From Patescibacteria group bacterium UBA2773 (GTDB lineage: Bacteria > Patescibacteriota > Minisyncoccia > Moranbacterales > DUUL01): DNA of 64,000 nt. This document shows positions 1 to 13,798 of the stretch, one piece after another (position 1 is the stretch's first letter; each line of letters starts with the position of its first letter). Under the pieces are notes generated by a model. It did no database searches and was not told the DNA's origin. It was given only the letters and a program-made list of their open reading frames with translations. The stretch covers positions 64,564 through 128,563 of the forward strand of contig DEIN01000008.1 of the NCBI GenBank assembly GCA_002352465.1. Direction: 5' to 3'. Both the position numbers and the translations under genes were made by a program.

Positions 1-5
1 GTGGC

Positions 6-668
6 TTGATTAAACAAAATCTCAAGAAAAATATTTGGCTTTTATTGGCATTTCTAGTTCCATTTTTATCAGCCGTTTTCATTTGGAATCGTTCCGCTGG
101 TGCTCAATATATTTATTTAGTTCAAACTTTTCAAACTATTATAGTAGCTGCTGGAATTTATTTTATAGCACAAAAAATAACCGAGATTTTTTCTCAAAAA
201 AAATGGTATCAATTTTTCAAAAATAATAATCTTCAAAAAACATTACTGATGGGAGGCTCTATTTTGTATTTATTTTTAATTCTTTATAATTTTAATTATT
301 TTTCTGGACCCAACGGTTTCTATCAAGACAAAACCAAATGGGACCATGCTAATTACAAAGAAGTTTTTACTTATTATTTAAAACATCGAGAAAAAAATGC
401 CTTGTTAATAACGAGAAACTTTAGAAATTATTATTATGCCGATAAAAATATTCCAGTTTTTGATTTTGGTGGTGAACATCAACCAGAGAAAAAATTGGAT
501 TTAAAAAAACTTAAATCGTTAGAATCACAGAACAATTCAATCTGGATTGTTATTAGTGATAATGATTTTGATTATACTAATGGTGAAGTTCGTCATTACA
601 TCAGAGAAACTTATCAGCCGATAGAGACTAAGTATACTAGTAGTTCGATGGAGATTTGGAGGAAATAG
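6..668 (+). CDS. hypothetical membrane protein (N-terminal TM; may begin upstream of window)
   Basis: ORF track; hydrophobic N-terminus; followed by hairpin+T-run terminator at 694-724. Confidence 0.4.
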   Translation: MIKQNLKKNIWLLLAFLVPFLSAVFIWNRSAGAQYIYLVQTFQTIIVAAGIYFIAQKITEIFSQKKWYQFFKNNNLQKTLLMGGSILYLFLILYNFNYFSGPNGFYQDKTKWDHANYKEVFTYYLKHREKNALLITRNFRNYYYADKNIPVFDFGGEHQPEKKLDLKKLKSLESQNNSIWIVISDNDFDYTNGEVRHYIRETYQPIETKYTSSSMEIWRK

Positions 669-693
669 TATTTAGTATGAAGTATAAAGTATG

Positions 694-724
694 AAAAACT
701 CGCCTTCCAGCGAGTTTTTTAATT
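694..724 (+). terminator. Rho-independent terminator (ACTCGC-loop-GCGAGT + T-run)
   Basis: GC stem followed by TTTTTTAATTTT directly after stop of 6..668. Confidence 0.55.
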
Positions 725-807
725 TTAATTTTAAATTTAGATTTCATTTGGAATAATTTGAAACAATTTGGATTTTGAAATAATTTTTTAAAATAGCATC
801 TGCTATT

Positions 808-1884
808 TTAAAGATATTTTTTCCCTCGGACTTCTAGCTCTTTGATAACTTTTTTGATATCTTGAACTTTAGCTTTAGAACAAACCAACAAAGCATCTTC
901 AGTATCAACTATTACAACGTCGTCCAAGCCAACAGTTGCAATCACTTTGCCTTCTTTCCCGTAAATAATAGAATTAGAGGTTGCGATGTTCAATCGCTCT
1001 CCTTGAACTAAATTTCTTTTTTCATCAGTTTTGGTCATTAAATTTTCATGTAAAGTGTCCCAGCCTCCAATATCTTTCCAATCAAAATCACCTTTTATAA
1101 TCAAAACGTTCTCTGGCGACATTTTTTCCATAATAGCGTAGTCAATTGAAATTTTTTCCATTTTGCCATAGATTTTATCAATCTCCACTTTGTCATTTTT
1201 TCTGATGGCCTCTTTAATTTTCATTAAATAAGCGTGCAGTTGGGGTGCATATTTCTTATAAGCTTCTAGAAATAATTTAGGTGTCCACATATAATAATTA
1301 GCGTGCCAAAGATAATGACCAGTCTCTAGGTATTTTTGAGCTGTTTTAAAATCTGGTTTTTCGGTATGACCTTCAAATTGATAAAATTCAACATCATCTT
1401 TTTCTAAGACTTTTTTGCCAACTTTGGTGTAGCCAAGAGCCGTATTAGGACTAGTTGGGTAGATAGAAATATCTAATAATTTTCCAGTTTCATTGATGAC
1501 TTCTTCGGCTTTCTTGATTGCTTTGACGAATTTATCAAGTTGTCCAATATAGTGATCAGAAGGGATAAAAGCGATTGGCTCATTTTCATCTTCCAAGGAA
1601 AGTTTTACTGCCGAATAGCCCATCGCTGGAGCAGTATCTCTTTTGTCTGGTTCAATTATGATATTTTTTTCTGGAAAATCTGGTAGAATTTCTTTCAACG
1701 GTTCAACTAGACTTTCAGTTGTTGCAATATAAATTTTATCAGCAGGCCAATCTTTAAATCTAGCAAGAGTTTCTTCTAGAATAGTTTTATCAGAAGTAAG
1801 TTTGCAAAATTGTTTGGGTTTATTCTTTCTGCTCATTGGCCATAATCTTGTTCCTCCTCCTCCGGCTAAAACTACTATTTTCAT
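808..1884 (-). CDS. manC: mannose-1-phosphate guanylyltransferase (GDP-mannose pyrophosphorylase, nucleotidyltransferase)
   Basis: N-terminal LAGGGGTRLWP nucleotide-binding signature; length 358 aa. Confidence 0.7.
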   Translation of the reverse strand: MKIVVLAGGGGTRLWPMSRKNKPKQFCKLTSDKTILEETLARFKDWPADKIYIATTESLVEPLKEILPDFPEKNIIIEPDKRDTAPAMGYSAVKLSLEDENEPIAFIPSDHYIGQLDKFVKAIKKAEEVINETGKLLDISIYPTSPNTALGYTKVGKKVLEKDDVEFYQFEGHTEKPDFKTAQKYLETGHYLWHANYYMWTPKLFLEAYKKYAPQLHAYLMKIKEAIRKNDKVEIDKIYGKMEKISIDYAIMEKMSPENVLIIKGDFDWKDIGGWDTLHENLMTKTDEKRNLVQGERLNIATSNSIIYGKEGKVIATVGLDDVVIVDTEDALLVCSKAKVQDIKKVIKELEVRGKKYL

Positions 1885-2059
1885 GATGTTAATTCTTAAA
1901 GTTAAAAATCTTAAAATGTGAATAATTATTTTTTTGAGTAAAGTTCGAGGTAAAATTGATAATTTTAGTGAGATGTACTGATATTGATACGACGAACTGG
2001 AATTATTAATTTCAATCTATCTACCAGCAAACAGGCAAAGAAATTTATTAAAAATATAA

Positions 2060-2488
2060 TCATTCTCTTTCGTCCATGGCTTTATTGGCCATTGCATCAG
2101 CTTCCTTGTTTTTTTCTCTGGGAATATGAAAAAACTCAACATTTTTAAAATTAAGCATTAAATTCCAAATTTCAAGAAACATTTGTTGGATATTTTCGTT
2201 GCTGAGTTTGTATTGATGGTTTAACTGTTTGACCATTAACTCAGAATCAGCATAACATTTCAAATTTGCATTTTTTGCCTTTGCTTTTCCAATTAATTGT
2301 TTGATTTTTTTAAGCGCCAAAATTAAAGCTCGATATTCAGCTTCGTTATTGGTAATCTTATCACCTAAAAATTGGCTATATTTTTTAGTTTCATTTTTAA
2401 ATTTTACTACTGCTCCTGCACCTGCTATGCCTGGGTTGCCTCTTGATCCACCATCGGTGAAAACGTTTATGATATAATCTTCTATCAT
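2060..2488 (-). CDS. rnhA: ribonuclease HI
   Basis: DGGSRGNPG motif, NNEAEYRAL and ADSELMV catalytic-residue motifs; 142 aa. Confidence 0.75.
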   Translation of the reverse strand: MIEDYIINVFTDGGSRGNPGIAGAGAVVKFKNETKKYSQFLGDKITNNEAEYRALILALKKIKQLIGKAKAKNANLKCYADSELMVKQLNHQYKLSNENIQQMFLEIWNLMLNFKNVEFFHIPREKNKEADAMANKAMDERE

Positions 2489-2901
2489 TGTTCTTTGATT
2501 ATTGTTTTAAATCCACAAATAGTTTCTGGAATTCTATTCTTTTTATTGATATCTTTTTCGAAAATAATTTCAATTTCAGGAATTTTTTGATTATTGTTGA
2601 GAATTAGTCTAGCTTTAATAAAACCAGTTAACTTTTCAATTGATTTTAAATGGTCTTTTAGTGCATTATTCGCTTTTTCTTGAATTATTTTATTGTTGTC
2701 GCTTTTAGTGTACCGGTTGGAATAGAAACATTTTTGTTTAATTTTGCCTTTTTCCAAAGCGACTGCAAAATCATTATCAACTGCCCAAATAACAGTTAAT
2801 AATAAAATTAAAAACAAGAAAAGTGCTCTGGCTCTAGTATTTACATTTTTTTTAGCAGTTTTTTTTAATTTAAATTCCTTTTCAGGCTCGAAAAATTGCA
2901 T
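2485..2901 (-). CDS. hypothetical membrane-anchored protein
   Basis: ORF track; single TM segment; overlaps rnhA start by 4 nt (operon-like). Confidence 0.4.
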   Translation of the reverse strand: MQFFEPEKEFKLKKTAKKNVNTRARALFLFLILLLTVIWAVDNDFAVALEKGKIKQKCFYSNRYTKSDNNKIIQEKANNALKDHLKSIEKLTGFIKARLILNNNQKIPEIEIIFEKDINKKNRIPETICGFKTIIKEQ

Positions 2902-2909
2902 TATTTTTT

Positions 2910-3863
2910 CTATGAAATTAATTTATTAAATAAATTACCAAACTCTTCTTCTGAATAATAATTTAAAATAAATTTTCCACCTTTCTGCCCTTTTTTTATG
3001 CTGACTTTTGTCCCAAGTGCTTGACTGATTTTATCTTCAAATTCCAATATTTCCGGAGTTTGATTTAAACTATTTTTTTCAACTGAATTTGGATTATTAA
3101 TTTTCTTTACTCTTTTTTCTGTTTCTCGAACGCTAAGTTTGGAATTAATAATCTGATTAACCATCGTTTCCCTTTGATTTCGGTCTTCAAGGCTCAACAA
3201 AACTCGTCCGTGACCTTCACTAATTTCACCCGTTCTGATTTTTCGTTTTATATTAGAAGATAAATCCAAAAGTCTTAAAGTGTTAGCGATGGTTGATCTG
3301 TTTTTCCCTACTTGTTGAGCAATTTCTACTTGAGTATAATTAAAATTATCAGCCAATCTTTGGTAAGCTTTGGCTTCTTCAATAGCATTTAAATCATGTC
3401 TTTGGATATTTTCAATCAAAGCCCATTCTAATTTTTCTTTGTCACTGATTTTTTTAACGATTGCTGGAACTGTGCTCAAACCATTTTTTTGAGAAGCTTT
3501 GAAGCGTCTTTCTCCTGCCACTAAATCAAAACCACCAACAGAATTTTTTGTCACCACTAATGGTTGAATAATTCCATGTTTACGAATAGAAGTAGCTAAT
3601 TCTTCTAATTTATTTTCATCAAAATATTGTCGAGGTTGGAAAGGATTGGCTTTTATTTGACCAACTTCAATTTCTAAAATTGAATTTTTCGAAGATTCAT
3701 CTTTTCCATCTCTAATTAAATCTTTGCTTACTATTTCACTGTCCAAATCGCTAGATGCAAAGTTGGTTTTTTTGGTTTTTTTATTAAGAGCTGGATTATT
3801 ATTTGATTTTCTTTGAGGAATTAATGAAGATAGCCCTTTCCCCAAACCTCCTTCTCTAGACAT
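2910..3863 (-). CDS. parB: chromosome partitioning protein ParB/Spo0J
   Basis: N-terminal GLGKGLSSLIP, ParB box QPRQYFDENKLEELATSIRKHGIIQPLVV, HTH region. Confidence 0.9.
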   Translation of the reverse strand: MSREGGLGKGLSSLIPQRKSNNNPALNKKTKKTNFASSDLDSEIVSKDLIRDGKDESSKNSILEIEVGQIKANPFQPRQYFDENKLEELATSIRKHGIIQPLVVTKNSVGGFDLVAGERRFKASQKNGLSTVPAIVKKISDKEKLEWALIENIQRHDLNAIEEAKAYQRLADNFNYTQVEIAQQVGKNRSTIANTLRLLDLSSNIKRKIRTGEISEGHGRVLLSLEDRNQRETMVNQIINSKLSVRETEKRVKKINNPNSVEKNSLNQTPEILEFEDKISQALGTKVSIKKGQKGGKFILNYYSEEEFGNLFNKLIS

Positions 3864-3961
3864 TTTTATTTTTATTACTTATTACGGAACCGTTTTTATA
3901 AGTTTTTCCGCCATAGGCGGGTTCGCCTATGGCGAAAATTTTATAAACTTTGAAAATGAAT

Positions 3962-4720
3962 TTATCTAGCGATGACTTCATCAGCCAATTGACGATAAGC
4001 CTGAGCACCTTTATTAAATCGGTCAAAATGCAAAATCGACTTTCCAAAGCTTGGGGCCTCTGCCAATCGAACTGTTCGAGGAATTACTGAATCAAAAACA
4101 TTTTCTGGAAAATACTTTTTAACTTCCTTGACGACTTGTCGGGCTAGCCGGTTTCTTTTGTCATACATAGTCAAAACTATCCCAGTGATGACTAATTCGG
4201 GCTTTAGATTTTCTCGGACTAAATCAATGGTGTTGAGTAATTGCCCTAGTCCCTCCAATGCAAAATATTCAGTTTGGACCGGAATTATTACCTCATTAGA
4301 AGCAACCAGTCCATTGATTGTCAAAAGACCCAAACTTGGTGGTGAATCGATGATTATAAAATCATAATCTTTCTCGACTTGTTTTAAAACTTGTTTTAAT
4401 TGGAATTCTCGTTTTTCCACGCCCACTAATTCGACGGCTGCTCCGGAAAGTTCTTGGTTGGAAGGAAGTAAAGCTAATCCCTTAGAATCGACTGTTAAAA
4501 TAATTTCTTTAGGATGGATCTTCGAAACAAGACTGTCATAAAGACTTTTTTTAAGATTTTGAGTATCAGTTCCTAATCCGCTGGAAGCATTACCTTGTGG
4601 ATCCAAGTCAACTAATAATACACTTTTTCCTGCTGAAACCAGATAGGTCGCTAAATTTACAGCAGTAGTAGTTTTACCAACACCACCTTTTTGATTGACC
4701 AATGATATTATTCTTGCCAT
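3962..4720 (-). CDS. parA: chromosome partitioning ATPase ParA/Soj (start adjusted to MARIISL)
   Basis: Deviant Walker A NQKGGVGKTTTAVNLA; ParA family length. Confidence 0.9.
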   Translation of the reverse strand: MARIISLVNQKGGVGKTTTAVNLATYLVSAGKSVLLVDLDPQGNASSGLGTDTQNLKKSLYDSLVSKIHPKEIILTVDSKGLALLPSNQELSGAAVELVGVEKREFQLKQVLKQVEKDYDFIIIDSPPSLGLLTINGLVASNEVIIPVQTEYFALEGLGQLLNTIDLVRENLKPELVITGIVLTMYDKRNRLARQVVKEVKKYFPENVFDSVIPRTVRLAEAPSFGKSILHFDRFNKGAQAYRQLADEVIAR

Positions 4721-4968
4721 AAAAAAATAGTTAGAAATAGTTCTAAAGAGACTGTTTACAGTCATAATTTTGCCTACCTCGTCAAAGCTTTAGTATCGGC
4801 GGGTTGCGAAATTTGTTAATTTTGAGGTAAATTATTTTAAAATTTTTGAGGCATTAGCCGAAGCTAAGTTGAAAGAATTTTTAAAGAATTTAACCAAAAT
4901 TGGAAAATTGCAATAAAAAGAATGATTGAAAATAATTCTTTACTTTAGTATATCAGAATTTTGATTTA

Positions 4969-8858
<3,890 letters not shown>

Positions 8859-8972
8859 TTTATTTTTGTTAGTTATTTGTTAGAATTATAACAAAGTAAG
8901 TATGGATAAACAAGCTTTTATCTCAAGGCGTGTTTAATCTACTAGAATAAACGCTATAGCTAATAAAAATAT

Positions 8973-10433
8973 TTGAAAAATAAAAAAAATAAATTTAAAA
9001 TAATTTGGCCTCATTTTTTATTGAGATTGTTTTTATTGATTATTTTATTTGCTCTAATCTGGGGAGGATGTTTATTTATAAAAATCTATTCTTTTGAGAA
9101 AATTACAATCTTGAGTAATAATCAAGAACAATCTTCTACAATAATTTCTGCTACTAAAAATTTGATTAGTAATAAATCTAAAAAATTAAAAGGTGAAGAG
9201 AGAAAAAGAATTAACATCCTCTTATTGGGAATGGGAGGCGAAGGCCATAAGGGAGCCGATCTTACTGACACTATAATTTTAGCCTCCGTCGACCCTACAA
9301 ATTATGATACATCTTTAATTTCTATTCCAAGAGATTTATATGTTGAAATTTCTGATACTCAGATTTACACAAAGATCAACGCTGTTTACGCTTATGGTAA
9401 AAAAAATCCTAAAAAGAACGAAAATCCTATCGATTCAATTAAGGAAACTGTTGAAAAAATCACCGGTCAACCAATTGATTATTATTTAACTATTAATTTC
9501 GAAGGATTTAAGCAGGTTATTGATGAACTTAACGGAATTATTATTCAAGTCGAGAAAGATATAATCGACACTCATTATCCTGGACAGGGCACTTCTTATG
9601 AAACTTTCAGAATCAACCAAGGAACCCACTTGGTGAATGGTGACGTGGCTTTGAAGTATGCTCGAGTTAGACACGTAGCTGGCGGTGATTTTGCTCGACT
9701 CAAAAGACAACAAGAGATTATTTCATCTGCCAAAAGAAGGGCTTTATCAATTGAAAATTTTGTTAATCCAATTAAATTTACTAGTTTATTAAATATTGCT
9801 GGAGAAAATATTGAAACAAACATTCAGTTAGATGAAATTCCATCTTTCATCAAGCTTTTCAACAATATTAATACTTATGAAATGAATACCAAAGTTTTAG
9901 ATGCTTGGAGTTCAGATTCTTTATTGGCAGTTTCTCATGTTCTTTTGGGTAACGTAAATGCCTTTATTTTAGTTCCTCGAACTGGTAATTATAAAGAAAT
10001 TCAAAAATTGGTTGATAATATTTTTGATTTAGAGAAACAAGAAAAAGAAAAAGTGGAAATTAAGAAAGAAGCAGCTAATATAGTCATAATGTCAGAAAAT
10101 TATCAAAATAAAAATCAAATCAAAAATTTGTTTAAAAAAATGGGCTATGAAGTTACACTTGAAGAAAATCTTGAAATTACTAAAAAATGTCAAAATGAAA
10201 TTAAAATTCTAACTTCAATGAATGATAAATATTACACGTTGAATGATTTAACAAATAAATTTAATGCTAGAATCGAAGATCTTTATAATTTTATTTATCC
10301 AGGAGATATTATTCTTTGTTTTCCTAGTAAAGAATTAGAAAAACTAGAAAAACAAATCGATCAAATTAATGTTGATGAATTTGAAGGTGGACTAATCTTG
10401 GATGATGATGGTAATATACTTTACAACAATTAA
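8973..10433 (+). CDS. LytR-CpsA-Psr (LCP) family protein with C-terminal extension
   Basis: N-terminal TM; LCP core INILLLGMGGEG...ISIPRDLYV; 486 aa. Confidence 0.8.
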   Translation: MKNKKNKFKIIWPHFLLRLFLLIILFALIWGGCLFIKIYSFEKITILSNNQEQSSTIISATKNLISNKSKKLKGEERKRINILLLGMGGEGHKGADLTDTIILASVDPTNYDTSLISIPRDLYVEISDTQIYTKINAVYAYGKKNPKKNENPIDSIKETVEKITGQPIDYYLTINFEGFKQVIDELNGIIIQVEKDIIDTHYPGQGTSYETFRINQGTHLVNGDVALKYARVRHVAGGDFARLKRQQEIISSAKRRALSIENFVNPIKFTSLLNIAGENIETNIQLDEIPSFIKLFNNINTYEMNTKVLDAWSSDSLLAVSHVLLGNVNAFILVPRTGNYKEIQKLVDNIFDLEKQEKEKVEIKKEAANIVIMSENYQNKNQIKNLFKKMGYEVTLEENLEITKKCQNEIKILTSMNDKYYTLNDLTNKFNARIEDLYNFIYPGDIILCFPSKELEKLEKQIDQINVDEFEGGLILDDDGNILYNN

Positions 10434-10436
10434 GGC

Positions 10437-10612
10437 TTGCTTGTTCGACTCATTTCTTTACTTGTCTCGCTGTAGCACTACCTACCAGTAGGCAGGTTCA
10501 GTGAAAGCGGGTCAAATCCTCTATTGCTTTTCAATGTACCAACTAAGTAAATTTCATGCGCTATTCAGATTTTTCTCGAACTGTGTTCAAACATGCAAGC
10601 CTAGGTGTGAAA
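10437..10612 (+). ncRNA. candidate structured small RNA (ends GGCUUGC...GCAAGCC pair; 6S-like size) - unverified
   Basis: Non-coding 220-nt gap upstream of pth; 5' GGCTTGCTTGTTCGA pairs with 3' TCGAAC...CATGCAAGCC; internal CCTACcaGTAGG hairpin; strand not established. Confidence 0.25.
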
Positions 10613-10652
10613 AAAATGAAAAAATTTAATAACAATTAATTTTAATAATTTT

Positions 10653-11168
10653 ATGAAAATTATATTCGGTCTAGGTAATCCTGGCAAAAAATATCAAAAA
10701 ACTCGTCATAATATTGGTTTTATGATTTTAGATTTATTGGCAAAAGAATATTCAGTTCTTTTTAAATCGGATTCTAAAACCAATTCAGAAATAGCCGAGA
10801 TTGTTTATGCTGGAGAAAAAATTCTGCTTTGCAAACCGCAAACTTTTATGAATAATTCTGGACAAGTAGTTAGCAGTTTGACAAATTATTACAAACTTGA
10901 GTCTCAGGATATTTTGATTATTCAAGATGAAATTGATTTACCTTTCGGCCAAATCAAGTTTTCTGAAAATTCTGGTTCGGCTGGACACAAAGGAATTCAA
11001 TCAATTATTGATCATTTAAAAACAAAAGATTTTAAAAGATTACGCTTTGGCATAGAAAAAGAAGAAAATAAATTGGCTACAGAAATATTTGTTTTGAAAA
11101 ATTTTTCTAAAGAAGAATTTAAAATTATCGAAAAAATAAATTTAGAAAAGTTCCTAGTTACACTTTAA
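10653..11168 (+). CDS. pth: peptidyl-tRNA hydrolase
   Basis: MKIIFGLGNPGKKYQKTRHNIGF signature; 171 aa. Confidence 0.9.
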   Translation: MKIIFGLGNPGKKYQKTRHNIGFMILDLLAKEYSVLFKSDSKTNSEIAEIVYAGEKILLCKPQTFMNNSGQVVSSLTNYYKLESQDILIIQDEIDLPFGQIKFSENSGSAGHKGIQSIIDHLKTKDFKRLRFGIEKEENKLATEIFVLKNFSKEEFKIIEKINLEKFLVTL

Positions 11169-11366
11169 TCTTAATTTTTGTTCCATCAGTCAAATCAATT
11201 CATTTGTTCAGTTGACTAAACTTAACAAAAAACAACTTGGAGTCGTTCATAAAATTTAGGTAAAGCTAGGAGGGAAATTGCTTTACACTGAACCTATGAA
11301 CGACACCGAGTTGTTCTTCTAAAATAAATAGTTTATCATTCTACCAGAATATTTATAAAAGTCAAT

Positions 11367-11394
11367 AAAAACAAACCTCAAAAGGTTTGTTTTT
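11367..11394. terminator. bidirectional Rho-independent terminator (AAACAAACC-tcaaaa-GGTTTGTTTTT) between convergent pth and dsbD-like gene
   Basis: A-run/stem/T-run symmetric hairpin. Confidence 0.7.
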
Positions 11395-11452
11395 ATGAAA
11401 AATATTCTTATTGTTTTGTTATTGAACTATTAACGCTAGATTAAAAAAGTGT

Positions 11453-12634
11453 CTATAGCCAATTATTCCAAATTGCAATCGATAGTAAAATTAGGAGAAT
11501 TCCGGCCACTAAGCGCATATATTTTTTTGACTTCTCTCTCCATTCTTCAACTTTTTCAACTTTTTTCCAAACGAAAATAGTTCCAAATACAATTATCAAA
11601 AGAGGCAAAACAAAAAATATATTATACAAAATTAGATAGCCAAAGGCAAAAACTTCCTTAGTGCTTAAAATCGAAACATAAGCCAAGGGAATTCCAGAAG
11701 TGCAAGGTAGTTCAACCAAACTAGAAAGTAAGGCTAGAATTATTGCGCTTAGCACAGTTCCCTTTTTAGTTAATTTTTCCAACAGAGGTTTTGTTTTTTT
11801 AGAAATTTCAAAAGAAAACCATCTTCCATAGAAAAAATAATCTTTAATCATTACTAGCCCTACAAATAAAGCGAATATGGAGATTATAATCCGAACTTCT
11901 CTAGCAATTTGTAAAACAGAAATAATTTTAATTAGACCAAACATAAAAAATAAATAAAACAAAAAAGTGGTAATAACAAAGGCAATTCCAGCTTTTAATG
12001 CTTTTCGACTGGAACCGATTCCCATTAGGTAGACCAACAAAAACATTAAAACTGAGAACATACAAGGATTAACTCCATCCGCCAACCCTAAAACTCCGCC
12101 CAAAAAACAAAGCGATCCATTTTCTTCCAAGCAAATTTCCTTGCCAAAAACCTGAATTGTTTTATGAGAGCTATGATCATCTTTTTCGGTTTGTTTAGAT
12201 TGAAATTTTTCGTTTGAAAATCCACCTACTATCGGTTCTAAACCAAGTTCTTCATCCAAAAATGAAGAACAAGTTTGAGTGGAACATTCTTCAATTCGCT
12301 TTTTAATTTTTCTTCCAATTCCTACCTCATTATTATATCCGACAATTACTTCTCCTCCAATCACAGTGGCTGGAACACCACCAGATAATCCAAATTTATC
12401 AACAACTTTTTCGAAAATAAGATAATTTTCTCTTTTATCTATTAGTAAATCCTTAATCTCTAAACTAGGATAATCGCTTCTAATTTCATTTAAAAACTTA
12501 ATCTCAGCTGCGCAATGAGGACAACCTGACATATGAAAAATATACAATCGAACCTTGTTTAATTCTAATGCTTTAACTTGGGCAGTAAAAAAAATACTAC
12601 TAAAAATTAATATCAAAAAAAATATTTTTTTCAT
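11453..12634 (-). CDS. thiol-disulfide oxidoreductase fusion: signal peptide + thioredoxin-like domain (CPHC) fused to CcdA/DsbD-type transmembrane electron-transfer domain
   Basis: CPHC redox motif at N-terminus; TM domain with NPC (LADGVNPCMF) and PCT (VELPCTSG) cysteines typical of CcdA/DsbD beta domain. Confidence 0.7.
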   Translation of the reverse strand: MKKIFFLILIFSSIFFTAQVKALELNKVRLYIFHMSGCPHCAAEIKFLNEIRSDYPSLEIKDLLIDKRENYLIFEKVVDKFGLSGGVPATVIGGEVIVGYNNEVGIGRKIKKRIEECSTQTCSSFLDEELGLEPIVGGFSNEKFQSKQTEKDDHSSHKTIQVFGKEICLEENGSLCFLGGVLGLADGVNPCMFSVLMFLLVYLMGIGSSRKALKAGIAFVITTFLFYLFFMFGLIKIISVLQIAREVRIIISIFALFVGLVMIKDYFFYGRWFSFEISKKTKPLLEKLTKKGTVLSAIILALLSSLVELPCTSGIPLAYVSILSTKEVFAFGYLILYNIFFVLPLLIIVFGTIFVWKKVEKVEEWREKSKKYMRLVAGILLILLSIAIWNNWL

Positions 12635-12688
12635 TTTTTAAAACTAATTATTTAAATAAAAAGTATTATCGATAATTTCTAAATTTAA

Positions 12689-13798
12689 TCAATAATAATC
12701 TTCCAAAATCATTTTTCTTTTTTTGCTCCAAATATTTTGACACAATCCAAAGCTTATCATGGTTGCAATCAAAAAACTACCTCCGTAACTTAAAAATGGC
12801 AATGAAATTCCAGTAACAGGAACAATCCCAATATTCATTCCTATGTTTATCGCTGTCTGATAAAAAAACATTATTAAAATTCCGCCAACAATCAATTGTC
12901 CAAATCTATCTCGAGCTTTTTTAATAATACAAAAAAGTCGATAAAATAAGAACCAATAAAAACCAATAACCGAAGAAGATCCGATCATTCCAAATTCTTC
13001 ATTAATAGAGGCAAAAATAAAATCGGTATGTCGTTCTGGTAAAAAATTCAACTGACTCTGAGAGCCATTGCCAATTCCTTTACCTGTTATTCCACCTGAG
13101 CCAATTGCAATCATTGATTGAATAACATTATAACCGCTTCCCAGTGGATCTCTATCGGGATTTAAAAAGGTTTGAATTCGTTCTTTTTGATAATCCTTTA
13201 GTACAACATTCCAACTCAAAAAAAATCCAACTATTATCATTAAGAATAATAGAAAAAGATATCGCTTGTCAACACCCGCCAGAAAAGACATTCCTAACCA
13301 AATCACAATTAAAACTGAAGCTGAGCCTAAATCAGGTTGTTTTAACGTCAAAAAAATTGGTAAAAACATTATTAAAAAAGAACCAAAAAATTCTTTAAAT
13401 CCAATTTTTAGATGACCAATTTTCATAAAATAACTAGCCAAAAAAATTATAGAAAAAATTTTCACGAGTTCAACTGGTTGTAGGTTAAAAAAACCTAGTC
13501 TAAACCAGCCTGAAGTTCCACGAATATTACTACCTAAGAAAAGAACTGCTACTAACAAAATAAGACTTAAAAAATACAAGAAATTACTATATTTTTTCCA
13601 GGTTCGATAATCATAAAAACTAAAAAATAGAAAAAATAATGAACCTATCCCCAAGAAAATAATTTGTTTATAAAAAATATTTACTTCTCCTCTTTCAGTT
13701 CCAATAGAACAGGAGTAGACAGTAATTAAACCTGAAATCAAAAGAAAACAAACAGCCCAGATACTTTTCCATTCTAATTTTAGAAATTTCTTTATCAT
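12689..13798 (-). CDS. SEDS family peptidoglycan glycosyltransferase (FtsW/RodA)
   Basis: GSGGITGKGIGNGSQSQLNFLPERHTDFIFASINEEFG signature; 10 TM; 369 aa. Confidence 0.85.
   Translation of the reverse strand: MIKKFLKLEWKSIWAVCFLLISGLITVYSCSIGTERGEVNIFYKQIIFLGIGSLFFLFFSFYDYRTWKKYSNFLYFLSLILLVAVLFLGSNIRGTSGWFRLGFFNLQPVELVKIFSIIFLASYFMKIGHLKIGFKEFFGSFLIMFLPIFLTLKQPDLGSASVLIVIWLGMSFLAGVDKRYLFLLFLMIIVGFFLSWNVVLKDYQKERIQTFLNPDRDPLGSGYNVIQSMIAIGSGGITGKGIGNGSQSQLNFLPERHTDFIFASINEEFGMIGSSSVIGFYWFLFYRLFCIIKKARDRFGQLIVGGILIMFFYQTAINIGMNIGIVPVTGISLPFLSYGGSFLIATMISFGLCQNIWSKKRKMILEDYY

Noticed and set aside
2910-4765. parS site (TGTTNCACGTGAAACA) in or near parAB
   Set aside because: No 16-bp match with 2 or fewer mismatches seen by eye within the parAB region or elsewhere in the window. 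It may lie outside the window.
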